Positions 40,806-53,921 of a stretch of 64,000 bases of DNA are shown in pieces. The notes beneath the pieces are model-generated. The model was not told the origin of the DNA, searched no databases, and saw nothing but the letters and a program-made list of their open reading frames with translations. The DNA is from Opitutaceae bacterium (GTDB taxonomy: Bacteria > Verrucomicrobiota > Verrucomicrobiia > Opitutales > Coraliomargaritaceae). The position numbers and the translations under genes are program-made. The stretch is from positions 160,001 through 224,000 of the forward strand of contig JBPOFY010000004.1 in NCBI GenBank assembly GCA_051252375.1. Direction: 5' to 3'. Each line of letters begins with the position of its first letter. Position 1 is the first letter of the stretch.

Positions 40806-43800
40806 GTGGTAATCCACTCCAAATTTCGATCCACTACAACGGTTGCCAAATGCTTATTGGCTTCCGCGATACTCACTTGCATCCCATCACTCGGGATCGC
40901 GCGTGACAGTGTAGTCGTATTCAACGAGGTGCACTACCACCCGGAAAACGACAACACACCGCTCGAATACATTGAGCTCTACAATCAGTTAGCGGTCGAC
41001 GTGGACATCTCCAACTGGCGGATCGACGGAGACATCGATTACAACTTCCCCGAAGGCACAGTCATTACCGGACGCGGATATCTAGTCATCGCGAAGAACC
41101 CGTCGGCGCTTGCTTCCGAAACTGGCTTCAGCGGCGCGCTAGGCCCCTACAATCGGGACCTTTCGAATTCGGGCGACCCCATCTACCTCTACAACAACAA
41201 CCTCGCTTTTAATTCGATTTCTGGCTCGGGCTCTACTGGAGTCGCCACTGACAATCTGGAAGGTCGGCGCATCATGGATGAGCTCTATTACTTGGATAAA
41301 TATCCATGGCCGCTCGGACCGGATGGCTCCGGTTTCAGTCTCGCGAAGCTTGAGCCCAACACAGGCACCGAGGACCCAGCGAATTGGACTGCCAGCACCC
41401 AAAGCAATGGCACACCAGGCACCGTCAACACATTCAGCAATTTGCCGACGATCGCTTTTAATGAGGCCACTTCAACAGAAGCAGTGGACTTCGAAATCGA
41501 ACTATACAATTATGGTAGCAGTCCAGTTGACCTGGAGGACTTCGTCATCGCATCGTCCAATACCCTGCAAGCCGACTACACATTACCCGATAGCAGCTTA
41601 GCGGCAGGAGCATTCCTGACGATTGACGCCGCTACTTTGGGATTCACTCCGGAGGACAACAATCGCTTGTTCCTCTACAGCGAAGACAAAGACACTCTGA
41701 TCGACACCATACGTGTCGACAACAACCCGATCGCTCGCTCGCCGGACGGCACGGGCGACTGGGCACGCCCCAACAGCTTAACCCTAGGCTCAGGAAACGA
41801 CGTCTCCGTCGAAGATGGCATCGTGATCAACGAGATTTTCTATCACGCCAAACCACAAATCGAGTCAGGCGGCACCGTCACTACTAGCCAACAGGTTTTG
41901 AACTACGATTCAACTTGGCGCTACAATCTCGATGCAGGCGTAGGTGGATTACCGACCAACTGGGCACAAAGTAACCATGCAGTGGACAATGTTAGTTGGG
42001 CGGAAGGCGCCGGACTTTTGGGCGTCGAAGACACAAATTTAGATGAACCGATCAACACCGCGATAACTTTAACCTCGCAGATCACCTACTACTTCGAAAC
42101 CGAATTTATATATAACGGAACGGAGAGCATCAGTGAAATGGTCATCAACCACTACATTGATGATGGCGCGATCTTCTACTTAAACGGTCAAGAAATCGGA
42201 CGTTTTAATATGGACGCAGGCGGCTTCACCGCTGCGACGGTCGCCAATCTGGGAGTCGGCAACGCAAGCCTGCAAACACTCACCATTTCGTCGCCCAATG
42301 TTTTACTAGGCAGCAATCGACTCTCAGTCGAAATTCACCAAGTCACCTCAGGCAGTAGCGATATCGTATTTGGAGCCAGTGTTATCTTAAGAACTGAGAA
42401 TACTTCGAACTACACGCCCTATGCGGAACGCGAAGAGGAATGGGTCGAGCTCTACAATCGAAGTGGCACTGCAATCGACCTCACGGGCTGGGAATTGAAT
42501 GGTGGTATCGGTTACGATTTCCCCGACACCACGACGATACCTGCAGGCGGCTATCTAGTCATCGCTAAGGACGCGACGGCACTACAGGCAAAGCACCCTT
42601 CAATTACTATACTAGGTGACTACTCCAACCGCCTCGGCAATGGCGGTGACCTCATCACCCTTGAAGACCCAAATGGTAACGTCGCCGACGAAGTGCGGTA
42701 TTATGATTCGGGTAATTGGCACAGCAAAGCCGATGGCGGCGGCTCCAGCCTAGAGCTACGTGATCCAGATGCAGACAACTCCATCGCGGGCGCGTGGGCA
42801 CCGAGCGATGAGAGCGCACGCAACAACTGGCAGACCTATACTTACGAAGCAGTGGCCATCGACGATGGTATCGGAGTCGACCCACTTTATATGTTTCATG
42901 AGCTTCAGATTGGTTTACTCGATTCTGGCGAGCTACTCATCGACGATGTCAGCGTGATCGAGAACAGCAGCCTCGAATTCATACAGAATGGAGACTTTGA
43001 AAGCGATACAGCTGGCGCAACTGCAGATAAATGGCGAGCCATCGGCACACATGGCTCACATGGTAAAACCATAGTCGTCACCGATCCGGATGACGCCAGC
43101 AATCAATGCTTACACCTCGTTTCCACCGGACCGACAGAGAACAAGCACAACAAAATCGAAACAACTTTCGCGAACATTGAAGAGGTCGTCATCGGCAACA
43201 CCTACCGCATCAGCTTCCGCGCAAAATGGATCAGCGGTTCCAACCAGCTCAACGCCAAGCTGTATTTTAACTATCTGCAAAAAACGCACGTTCTCGAATC
43301 TGCAGAAATCTGGGGCACGCCCGGCGCGGCCAACACCGCAGCTGTCGCCAACGCGGGTCCAGACTTAACCAACCTCGCGCACTCACCCGTCGTCCCCGAT
43401 GCAAACGAAGCAGTCACCGTCAGCATCGACGCATCTGACCCAGACGGCATCAGCAACTTGACTCTCTACTATTCAGTGGGTGGTGCTGCCTATCAAAGCA
43501 TCAGCATGACGAACTCTAATGGGCACTACACAGGAATCATTCCAGGGCAAGCAGCGAGCACGATCGTGCGCTTCTATGTCAGCGGCACCGATACCAATAG
43601 CGCCGTGAGCCACTACCCTGCTGCCGCGACCGAAGGCGGCGCCTTCTTTAAAGTGCAAGACGGCTATGCTGACACTTCTGCTCTGCGCCACAATTTCCGT
43701 ATCATTATGTCTGATACAGACCGCACCTTCCTCTACCTGGACACTAATCGGATGAGCAACGACCGCTTTCCTGTGACAGTCATCGAGAACGAAGAAACGG

Positions 43801-45860
43801 TCTATTACGATGTTCAGTTACGACTCAAAGCCAGCGCGCATGGACGCTACAATTCCTACGGATTCAACATTCGCTTTCAGCCCGACCAACTGTTTCGAGA
43901 TGTGCACAACAGCGTCTCAGTAGAACGAGGCGGGATTGATAAACAAATTCTAGCCAAGAACCTCATGAACCGCGCCAGTGGCTACTGGTCCTTTTATGAT
44001 GATGTTGCCTACATAATTACGCCTCTCAATAACGGCAGAGGAGTCGGCATGCTTTCGATGAGCCGGCACACGGAAAGCTTCTGGGACGGTCTCTTTCCTA
44101 ATAGCGACGGCATCGGCACCCTATTCAATCTAGAGCTACACTACGCACCAAATGGAACAACAGGTGGCCCCGAAGACTTAAAAATCGGCAACCCATACCA
44201 CAACACAAATGGACGATACGACCTTGTGGACCGGGGCAGCGACAAAGAGCCCTACCGTTGGGGGTTTCAAATACGCAGCAGCCGCGATAGCGACGACTAC
44301 TCTCAGATCGTCGCACTCAATCAAGCCGTCGGCACACTCAGTGGCAGTGAACTGAAAACCGCCCTCGACGAGCTGATTGATGTCAGCCAATGGATGCGCA
44401 CATTTGCAATGATGTCACTCAATGGCACAGACGATATCTTCAGCCGAATATGGGAACACAACTTCCGTTTCTACGTCCGCCCGACTGATAACAAAATCAT
44501 CGTGCTGCAGTGGGATTTGGATCGAACATTCAGACTCAGCGCAAACGCCTCGGACCCAGTCATTCCAACAACAAATGGCGCAGGCACTCCCGTCGCCGTC
44601 GCCAAGTTATTTGAGATCCCAGAATACAAACGTCTATTCGACGGTCACCTAGACGACTTGATTAAAACTACTTTAAACAGTGATTACACCACATCCATCT
44701 TTCCAGGGCTCCTCGCCGTGGTGGGTTCAGGTAGCAATCAAACAAACTACATCACAAATCGAGCGAACTTCGTGCAGGCCTACCTCCCGAGTCTAGTAAG
44801 CTTTGAGATCACAACAAACAGCGGTGCCGACTTCTCAGAATCCGACAGCGCAGTCGACCTGACAGGCTCGGGTGCTTACGATGTTTTCTCAATCAATGTA
44901 AACGGCATACCAACACCAGTCACGTGGACCGGCGCCGACACTTGGCAGATCACAGTGCCACTAGCCGTCGGTGCAAATGCACTGACAATCGCCGGCATCA
45001 ATCATCACGGAGTCGAAGTGGGCAGCGACACGATAACCGTCACCAATACAAGCGCGGTGGATCTCGCCAACGCCAGCAACACGATCATCAGTGAGCTCCA
45101 CTACCACCCTGCAGACCCAAGCATCGCCGAAGAAAATGCGGGGTATAATGACGAGGAAGACTTTGAGTTTGTCGAGCTGATGAATATCAGCAGCGGCTAT
45201 GTCGACTACACCAATGTAAATTTCACGAATGGAATCACTTTCACGATACCTGCAGGAACCGTTCTAGCACCCGGCGAACGCTTGATCATCGTCCACAATC
45301 AAGCAGCCTTCACCTATCGAAACGGAGCGGTCAGCACGACTATCTTAGGAGACTATAGCGGGACCTTGAGTAACGGTGGCGAGCGCATCCGCCTTGCAGC
45401 GGCAAATGCCACGACCATCGTCGACTTCACTTACTCCGACGACCACCCTTGGCCCGAAAGTTCCGATGGCAATGGCTACAGTCTAGTATTCAAAGGGACC
45501 GATACATCCAACCCACTCGACTGGCGTTCAAGCACAACAGTCAACGGCAATCCGGGAAGCACAGATACGGTAACTTTCATTGGTGGTGACCCGATCAGCT
45601 ACCTCTTAGCCGCACAACCAATTCCCATCCCCGCCCCAGGTTCATTTTTCATTGATGTTGTGACTAACCTCTCCGCAGACGACGCCTCGTTCTATGTTAG
45701 TTTCTCGAAGGATCTAGACAGTTGGACTCCGGCTACACAGATAGACCTTCGCTCACGCACGAATCACGGAGATGGCACCGCCACCTTACGATATGAAACT
45801 CCGATTGCAGTGGGCGACGAAACTTCCTTCTTTGGAAAAGTCATCATCGAAGGACTCTAA
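40806..45860 (+). CDS. Large secreted protein with multiple lamin-tail domains and a CotH-kinase-like domain
   Basis: LTD motifs VVFNEVHYHP...EYIELYN, INEIFYH...EWVELYN and ISELHYHP...EFVEL. CotH-like RLKASAHGR, NGTDD...HNF, WDLD. Confidence 0.85.
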   Translation: MVIHSKFRSTTTVAKCLLASAILTCIPSLGIARDSVVVFNEVHYHPENDNTPLEYIELYNQLAVDVDISNWRIDGDIDYNFPEGTVITGRGYLVIAKNPSALASETGFSGALGPYNRDLSNSGDPIYLYNNNLAFNSISGSGSTGVATDNLEGRRIMDELYYLDKYPWPLGPDGSGFSLAKLEPNTGTEDPANWTASTQSNGTPGTVNTFSNLPTIAFNEATSTEAVDFEIELYNYGSSPVDLEDFVIASSNTLQADYTLPDSSLAAGAFLTIDAATLGFTPEDNNRLFLYSEDKDTLIDTIRVDNNPIARSPDGTGDWARPNSLTLGSGNDVSVEDGIVINEIFYHAKPQIESGGTVTTSQQVLNYDSTWRYNLDAGVGGLPTNWAQSNHAVDNVSWAEGAGLLGVEDTNLDEPINTAITLTSQITYYFETEFIYNGTESISEMVINHYIDDGAIFYLNGQEIGRFNMDAGGFTAATVANLGVGNASLQTLTISSPNVLLGSNRLSVEIHQVTSGSSDIVFGASVILRTENTSNYTPYAEREEEWVELYNRSGTAIDLTGWELNGGIGYDFPDTTTIPAGGYLVIAKDATALQAKHPSITILGDYSNRLGNGGDLITLEDPNGNVADEVRYYDSGNWHSKADGGGSSLELRDPDADNSIAGAWAPSDESARNNWQTYTYEAVAIDDGIGVDPLYMFHELQIGLLDSGELLIDDVSVIENSSLEFIQNGDFESDTAGATADKWRAIGTHGSHGKTIVVTDPDDASNQCLHLVSTGPTENKHNKIETTFANIEEVVIGNTYRISFRAKWISGSNQLNAKLYFNYLQKTHVLESAEIWGTPGAANTAAVANAGPDLTNLAHSPVVPDANEAVTVSIDASDPDGISNLTLYYSVGGAAYQSISMTNSNGHYTGIIPGQAASTIVRFYVSGTDTNSAVSHYPAAATEGGAFFKVQDGYADTSALRHNFRIIMSDTDRTFLYLDTNRMSNDRFPVTVIENEETVYYDVQLRLKASAHGRYNSYGFNIRFQPDQLFRDVHNSVSVERGGIDKQILAKNLMNRASGYWSFYDDVAYIITPLNNGRGVGMLSMSRHTESFWDGLFPNSDGIGTLFNLELHYAPNGTTGGPEDLKIGNPYHNTNGRYDLVDRGSDKEPYRWGFQIRSSRDSDDYSQIVALNQAVGTLSGSELKTALDELIDVSQWMRTFAMMSLNGTDDIFSRIWEHNFRFYVRPTDNKIIVLQWDLDRTFRLSANASDPVIPTTNGAGTPVAVAKLFEIPEYKRLFDGHLDDLIKTTLNSDYTTSIFPGLLAVVGSGSNQTNYITNRANFVQAYLPSLVSFEITTNSGADFSESDSAVDLTGSGAYDVFSINVNGIPTPVTWTGADTWQITVPLAVGANALTIAGINHHGVEVGSDTITVTNTSAVDLANASNTIISELHYHPADPSIAEENAGYNDEEDFEFVELMNISSGYVDYTNVNFTNGITFTIPAGTVLAPGERLIIVHNQAAFTYRNGAVSTTILGDYSGTLSNGGERIRLAAANATTIVDFTYSDDHPWPESSDGNGYSLVFKGTDTSNPLDWRSSTTVNGNPGSTDTVTFIGGDPISYLLAAQPIPIPAPGSFFIDVVTNLSADDASFYVSFSKDLDSWTPATQIDLRSRTNHGDGTATLRYETPIAVGDETSFFGKVIIEGL

Positions 45861-45894
45861 TACATAGAGAGCGGCCACGAAACCGATACGGTTC

Positions 45895-47355
45895 TCATCG
45901 ATGGTCCCAAGGTAACTTCACTTCGACATATTCATGATCCCAAACTTCGAAGGGCTCGAAGATTTTTCCGGGATTTAAAATACCCTTAGGGTCGAGCGCG
46001 GTCTTCACTGCTTTCATGGCAGCGATTTCGGCTTTGGTGTGTTGCATCGACATAAAGGGCGCCTTGGCTAGCCCCACACCGTGCTCACCAGTAATGACAC
46101 CACCGAGATCGACGACTTTTTGCATGAGTCTTTTGATGCCTGCTTTGGCTTTCTTCGCGTCGGCTTTACAGCCTCGATTATACATGATGTGGACGTGCAG
46201 ATTGCCATCGCCCGCATGCCCGAAAGTCGGAGTCGCCAGACCGATCTCTTTTTTCAAAGCGATGGTATAGCGAATCAACTCAGCTTGTTTTTCGATCGGC
46301 ACCACGACGTCTTCATTTAGCTTGGTGTCCGCAATCGAGAACATTGATTGCGAACAGGTGCGACGCACTTGCCAGAGTTCCTCTGCGTCAATCTCATTGC
46401 GAGCTTCACGCTGCGCCACCGCTCGCCCATCCATGAAATCCAATAAGAGCTTACGTTGTTCGCGCACTTCACCAACACGACCATCGAGCTCGATCAATAA
46501 AATCGAAGCACGCGGCTGCCCTTCAAAAACGGCTTTTCCTGTGTATTTTTCAGCACAACCAACGGACTGCCGATCTAGGAACTCCAAAATAGAAGGATTC
46601 ACGCCTGCTTTAAATAAACCCACCACTGCCTTCAGCGCGGCGGCTTCTGACTTAAATGCAAACATCCCGGTCCAACGCTTTGCCGGCTTGGGGATGAGTT
46701 TCAAATGTATCGTCGTGATGATACCCAAAGTGCCCTCCGAGCCGATGAGCAGGTCACGTAAGTTCAAGCCGGAAACATACTTCTTTAGCGGCAGGCCAAA
46801 TTTGAAAGGTTCGCCATCGGCAAGAAAGCCTTCGAGCCCGAGCACGTAATCACGCGTCACCCCGTATTTCACACAGCGCATGCCGCCGGCATTACAACTC
46901 ACGTTACCGCCGAGCGTAGAATATTTCTTCGAGGAAGGATCGGGCGGGAAAAATAGACCCACGGCTTCGACGGCAGACTGAAACTCCGCCGTGACCACGC
47001 CCGCTCCGACCGTGGCGATACGACCGACGGCATCGATCTGCACATCCTTCAATCCAGAAAGATCAAGCGCCCATCCGCCATGCAGTGGCACGGCTGATCC
47101 TGTGGCCGAAGAACCCGCACCACGAGCAGTCACCGGGATCGAATACTTATGCGCCAGCTTCATGACGACTCCTACATCGGCGGTCTCTTTCACTCGGATT
47201 ACGAGATCAGGCAAAAAAGACAGACGCAAATTATCCAATGAAGCACGAAAACGACTGTCATCATCGACCAAAACACGCCCAGACAATTTACGCATAAGTG
47301 CGCGCGATGCTTTCAGTTTGTTCTCCGAGTGTTTCGTGGGTGCTGCCTGTTTCAT
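45895..47355 (-). CDS. FAD-linked oxidase (GlcD/D-lactate dehydrogenase family)
   Basis: RGAGSS, PPDPSS, GSEGTLG, HAGDGNLH, GEHGVG, LNPGK. Confidence 0.9.
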   Translation of the reverse strand: MKQAAPTKHSENKLKASRALMRKLSGRVLVDDDSRFRASLDNLRLSFLPDLVIRVKETADVGVVMKLAHKYSIPVTARGAGSSATGSAVPLHGGWALDLSGLKDVQIDAVGRIATVGAGVVTAEFQSAVEAVGLFFPPDPSSKKYSTLGGNVSCNAGGMRCVKYGVTRDYVLGLEGFLADGEPFKFGLPLKKYVSGLNLRDLLIGSEGTLGIITTIHLKLIPKPAKRWTGMFAFKSEAAALKAVVGLFKAGVNPSILEFLDRQSVGCAEKYTGKAVFEGQPRASILLIELDGRVGEVREQRKLLLDFMDGRAVAQREARNEIDAEELWQVRRTCSQSMFSIADTKLNEDVVVPIEKQAELIRYTIALKKEIGLATPTFGHAGDGNLHVHIMYNRGCKADAKKAKAGIKRLMQKVVDLGGVITGEHGVGLAKAPFMSMQHTKAEIAAMKAVKTALDPKGILNPGKIFEPFEVWDHEYVEVKLPWDHR

Positions 47356-47461
47356 AATTCTAAGTCATACCTACCGAATGAATCGGAGAATGGAAAAGAA
47401 AAAGACCACGAATCTCGCGGTCTCGAATGAGGCGTCAGCCATCTATGCGGATAACCTTACT

Positions 47462-48613
47462 TTATACAGCTCGAATCGCCAACAAATCCGTATCCAACTC
47501 AACTGTAAATCGAGCGCCAATGCGATCTTGACGATTTTCAGCAAATACTCGGCCTTTGTGCGACTCGGCGATCTTCTTGCAAATAGATAGCCCGAGCCCA
47601 GTGCTGGTCTCATTACCGGTCGGCTGCACAGAGGTTTTGCCGAAATCGGTAAAGAGTTTGTGCATTTCATTTTCCGGGATACCAGGACCTTCATCTTCGA
47701 CCTTAATGAGAAGCTTCATATTACTGTTAACGAGAATGACGCGAATGCTTGAACCTAGAGGTGAATATTTCACCGCATTACTCAACAGATTGTCGATAAG
47801 GCGGCGAAATTGCATTTTATCAAGCATCAGGAGCTCAGGAATACCGCCTTCGTCTTCCAACGCCAACTTGATCTCTTTTTTATTCGCAGTGAACTGATAA
47901 ATATTCAGTGAGGACGAAATGAGCTCGTAAATTGGACAAGGCTGCATCTCAGAACGCTCTTCACCGCTTTCAATCACAGATAAATCAAGCAGTTCGTCGA
48001 CCAAGTGCAGCATCGAGTCGGATGTCGACTGAATGGTGCTGGCGATTTCCTTTTGCTCTGGATTAAGCGGACCGATCTCGGCTAAAAACTCAGATAAACC
48101 GCGAATCGATGCGATTGGATTACGCAAATCATGCGATGCGACACCGATAATCCGGTTCTTCGCAAGATTGGCCTGCTTGAGACCGGCGATAAATTCACGC
48201 TGAAAACGCATCAGTTCACGCATTTTCAAATGGTTGCGAATGCGCGCCAAGGCTTCGTGGCGGTTGATTGGCTTGGTAATGTAATCACTGCCGCCAGCAT
48301 CCAATCCTTCTACAATCGATCCGGTGTCGGAGCGACCAGTCACGAAAACGATCGGCACTTCGTCCATCCCCTTCATGCTTTTGGCCTTACGACAGGTGAT
48401 AAATCCATCAATTCCGTCCATCACCACATCAAGCAGTATAAGGTCCGGCGCATGGGCATGAATACAATCGATCGCAGCTTCACCAGAGGCAGCCTCGTCT
48501 ACTGTGAAACCACTGCGCTCGAGCACACGACGAAGAAGCTTACGAATGATCTCGTCGTCATCGACGACAAGTATTCTTGCGCCTTCAATATTTACTTCTT
48601 CAGTTTCTGACAC
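47462..48613 (-). CDS. Hybrid response regulator/histidine kinase (REC-HisKA-HATPase)
   Basis: ILVVDDD, LLDVVM, SHDLRNP, NLLSNAVKYS, GLGL. Confidence 0.92.
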   Translation of the reverse strand: MSETEEVNIEGARILVVDDDEIIRKLLRRVLERSGFTVDEAASGEAAIDCIHAHAPDLILLDVVMDGIDGFITCRKAKSMKGMDEVPIVFVTGRSDTGSIVEGLDAGGSDYITKPINRHEALARIRNHLKMRELMRFQREFIAGLKQANLAKNRIIGVASHDLRNPIASIRGLSEFLAEIGPLNPEQKEIASTIQSTSDSMLHLVDELLDLSVIESGEERSEMQPCPIYELISSSLNIYQFTANKKEIKLALEDEGGIPELLMLDKMQFRRLIDNLLSNAVKYSPLGSSIRVILVNSNMKLLIKVEDEGPGIPENEMHKLFTDFGKTSVQPTGNETSTGLGLSICKKIAESHKGRVFAENRQDRIGARFTVELDTDLLAIRAV

Positions 48614-48754
48614 GGTAGGAAAATTGGCTAATTCACGAAAGCCATAGTAAAAGCGATATTAATCCAAGATGTCAACAAATGCCGCAACGATCTATCAGAC
48701 GTTTGGTGTATTTAACATTGCACCCGATGCCGCGAATAGCATTTTCTACCCGCT

Positions 48755-49858
48755 ATGCTTCAAGCTGGTATCGTAGGTCTCCCCAATGTGGGCAAAAGCA
48801 CACTCTTCAACGCTCTCACGCGCACGCGTAAGGCCGAGGCTGCAAACTATCCGTTTTGCACGATCGACCCGAACGTGGGCGTCGTTCAGGTACCGGACCG
48901 CCGTCTGGAACCGCTAAGAGAGATTTCGAAGACCAATAAGGTCATCCCTGCCGCGATCGAGTTTGTCGATATCGCCGGTTTGGTCGAAGGCGCGAGTAAG
49001 GGCGAAGGCTTGGGCAACAAATTCCTAGCCAACATCCGCGAAGTCGATGCCATCGTGCATGTCGTGCGCTGTTTCGATGATGACGACATCATCCACAATA
49101 TGGGTTCGATCGACCCGATTCGCGATATCGAGGTCATCAATACTGAGCTTATCCTTGCCGACATCACCTCGATTGAGAGCCAAAAAGAGAAGCTCGTGAA
49201 AAAAGCCCGCAGCGGCGACAAGGAGGCTGCTGAGAACATCGCATTGATCGATCGCCTCGTGCCGCACCTCGACGCAACCAAGCCCGCCATTACGCTCGAC
49301 ATGAGTGATGACGAGTTGATCGCGCTCAAACGCCTCTGCCTCCTTTCTGCTAAGCGCGTGCTCTACGCCTGCAACGTCGCGGAAAGCGATCTCGCTGACA
49401 CCTCGGGCAATGCCTACGTCGCCCAAGTCGAAAAATACGCACAAGAGCACCACGGAGCCGGCACCTGTATCATTTCTGCTGCAGTGGAAGCCGAGCTAAT
49501 CGATTTCGACGAAGCCGAATCTGCCGAATACCTCGAATCGCTCGGGGTGAAGGACTCCGGCGTCTCGCTGCTCATCCGTGCGACATACGATTTACTTGGT
49601 TTGGCCTCCTACTTCACCGCCGGTGTGCAGGAAGTGCGCGCATGGACTTTCAAGAAGGGCATGAAAGCTCCCGAATGTGCGGGTGTCATCCACACCGACT
49701 TTGAGCATGGATTCATTAAAGCCGAAGTCGTCGCCTACGAAGATCTCATCGCCGCAGGCTGTGTCGCGAAGGCTCGCGATGCTGGCAAATACCGCCTAGA
49801 AGGCAAAGAATACCTTTTTAAAGACGGCGATGTGGCGCTTTTCCGGTTCAACAACTAA
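48755..49858 (+). CDS. ychF: Redox-regulated ATPase YchF
   Basis: [30 protein letters not shown]. Confidence 0.97.
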   Translation: MLQAGIVGLPNVGKSTLFNALTRTRKAEAANYPFCTIDPNVGVVQVPDRRLEPLREISKTNKVIPAAIEFVDIAGLVEGASKGEGLGNKFLANIREVDAIVHVVRCFDDDDIIHNMGSIDPIRDIEVINTELILADITSIESQKEKLVKKARSGDKEAAENIALIDRLVPHLDATKPAITLDMSDDELIALKRLCLLSAKRVLYACNVAESDLADTSGNAYVAQVEKYAQEHHGAGTCIISAAVEAELIDFDEAESAEYLESLGVKDSGVSLLIRATYDLLGLASYFTAGVQEVRAWTFKKGMKAPECAGVIHTDFEHGFIKAEVVAYEDLIAAGCVAKARDAGKYRLEGKEYLFKDGDVALFRFNN

Positions 49859-49936
49859 TCGCAGCCGGCAGTTGACGTAATAGAGAACCCGATAGAGTTG
49901 ACCTCGTCCCATTCTATTATCTAGTCACTCACACAT

Positions 49937-50569
49937 ATGGCCACTTTTTCAGACATCTCTACGCTTTGCTGCTTCGTCGGCGCCACATTGATGATCACTG
50001 GCTGTGATAAAGCAGAACCAGTAACCTACCAAATACCCAAAGAAGCGCGCGAAGTCAGCATGCCCGCACCTGCCACACAGGCACCTGCGACTGCCTCAGC
50101 ACCCAGCGGCATGAACGTGCTGCCTGGGATGCAACAAGCAGCCGACTCTGCAGGAGGCGTGAGCTACAAGGTGCCGGAGGGTTGGACAGAGCTGCCAGCC
50201 AGTGGCCTACGCAAAGCAAACCTACGCGTCAGCGACGAAAATGGTAGCGCCGAGCTAACCGTGACCGTGTTTCCGGGGGATGTCGGCGGCAACCTAGCCA
50301 ATATTAATCGCTGGCGCGGACAAGTCGGGCTGGAAGCCATCACCTCCGAGGAGCTTACCACCTTTACCGAGTCATACACCATTTCACAACACGGCGGGCT
50401 CTACACTCGCATCGAAGGCGGCACCGACAGCATACTTGGCGGCCTACTCCCTTTCCACGGAAACACATGGTTCTTTAAACTGCAGGGCAACAGTGCCACT
50501 GTGCTCGCAGCCGAAGCGTCATATAAAGCATTCTTAGATTCTGTCGCCCTGCAAGACGCACACCACTAG
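49937..50569 (+). CDS. Hypothetical lipoprotein upstream of cytochrome c biogenesis genes
   Basis: Lipobox ITGC; ANINRWRGQVGL; TWFFKL. Confidence 0.75.
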   Translation: MATFSDISTLCCFVGATLMITGCDKAEPVTYQIPKEAREVSMPAPATQAPATASAPSGMNVLPGMQQAADSAGGVSYKVPEGWTELPASGLRKANLRVSDENGSAELTVTVFPGDVGGNLANINRWRGQVGLEAITSEELTTFTESYTISQHGGLYTRIEGGTDSILGGLLPFHGNTWFFKLQGNSATVLAAEASYKAFLDSVALQDAHH

Positions 50570-50572
50570 CCG

Positions 50573-51745
50573 ATGAACGGTCCATTCAAATTTTTCAGCT
50601 CTCTAAAGCTGACCGTCGTTCTACTCGCGTTTTCGATGATGCTGATTTTTTTCGGCACTCTCGATCAAGTGCAATACGGCATCTGGCACACACAAAAGCT
50701 CTACTTTGAAAGCTTCTTCGTAATTTGGTCCTACCCGGAGCAAGCAGCCAACTACGACAGTCTCTTCTGGTTACACATCCCCATGCCCGGCGGCTACCTG
50801 CTGGGCGGGATGTTATTCATCAACCTCATTGCGGCACATATCACCCGCTTTAAGATGTCATGGAAGAAAAGCGGTATCTTCCTCGTCCACCTCGGTCTAA
50901 TTCTTTTACTAGTGAGTGAGCTGATGACCGACCTCGTCTCCGAGGAGAGCCAAATGCCAGTCGATGAGGGTGGCCGCAGCAACTACTCTCAAGGGTATCG
51001 CGACAACGAACTCGTTTTTATCGACCGCAGCCATCCTGAGCACGATACGGTGCACGCGATCCCCTCAGAATTGCTCAAGCCTGGCAGCACGGTCAAAGTG
51101 CCCGACTCCCCATTGAGTATTCGCACGATCAACTACTACCCCAACGCCGAGATCGGTCGCTCGCAAGCGGGTCCGGTCGATTCACCCGCCGACCAAGGTG
51201 TCGCAGTAAAAATGGGCATCGTGGTCAATCCTAAGGAGGAAACCTACGCCGAAAACACAATTAACACCGCGACCGCTTTCATTGAGGTGCTCGGACCAGA
51301 AGGTCCTATCGGCACATGGCTCGTCTCCAATGTCATCGACGACCGCTTTCCGCCACAAATGGTCCGCGTAGGCGAACAGTCTTGGGAAATCGCCATCCGT
51401 TTTACCCGCCACTACTATCCTTTCGAAGTGGAGTTGATCGACTTCAAGCACGACAAATACCCAGGCACCGAGATCCCGTTCAATTACTCCAGCGAAGTAA
51501 TGGTCTACCACAATGATAGCACCAAAAACCAAAAGGCGCTCATTTACATGAACCACCCGCTACGCTACGAAGGTCTGACCTTCTACCAAGCCTCTTTCGC
51601 GAACCAGGATACTACCTCCATTTTCCAAGTCGTGCGCAATCCTGGTTGGGTGCTCCCTTATGTCAGTGTCCTCCTCATGGGTCTCGGCATGTGTGTTCAG
51701 TTCGGCATCCACTTCGTCAAGTTCCTCGGTAAACAAAGGGCTTAA
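50573..51745 (+). CDS. resB: ResB/CcsB-like cytochrome c biogenesis protein
   Basis: FSSLKLTV, GIFLVHLG, IYMNHPLRYEG, FYQAS. Confidence 0.85.
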   Translation: MNGPFKFFSSLKLTVVLLAFSMMLIFFGTLDQVQYGIWHTQKLYFESFFVIWSYPEQAANYDSLFWLHIPMPGGYLLGGMLFINLIAAHITRFKMSWKKSGIFLVHLGLILLLVSELMTDLVSEESQMPVDEGGRSNYSQGYRDNELVFIDRSHPEHDTVHAIPSELLKPGSTVKVPDSPLSIRTINYYPNAEIGRSQAGPVDSPADQGVAVKMGIVVNPKEETYAENTINTATAFIEVLGPEGPIGTWLVSNVIDDRFPPQMVRVGEQSWEIAIRFTRHYYPFEVELIDFKHDKYPGTEIPFNYSSEVMVYHNDSTKNQKALIYMNHPLRYEGLTFYQASFANQDTTSIFQVVRNPGWVLPYVSVLLMGLGMCVQFGIHFVKFLGKQRA

Positions 51746-51751
51746 CTACCT

Positions 51752-53668
<1,917 letters not shown>

Positions 53669-53742
53669 GGCATAAAAAAGGTTATCGTCGATGCCGGGAA
53701 GGCCCTCATACCATCGAGGCTTAGAGAGCGAATGTAAGCCTT

Positions 53743-53838
53743 TGGAGGGAAACGCTCCGTCGTTTCCACACGTATGATTTGTGGCCTAGTTGTTTCGAAC
53801 ACCCCTTACGAACGGCAATGACAGAGCATTGCCCTCCA
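53743..53838. repeat. GGAG-family REPIN-like element
   Basis: TGGAGGGAAACGCTCCGTCGTTTCCA ... CGGCAATGACAGAGCATTGCCCTCCA. Confidence 0.8.
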
Positions 53839-53867
53839 AGTCTTACCCACTATTTAACGTAGCACCC

Positions 53868-53899
53868 AAAAAAGCCCGTCGGAAACCGACGGGCTTTTT
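53868..53899. terminator. Bidirectional intrinsic terminator
   Basis: AAAAAGCCCGTCGG-AAA-CCGACGGGCTTTTT. Confidence 0.85.
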
Positions 53900-53921
53900 G
53901 TTGAAAGTATATTTTGAAGAT

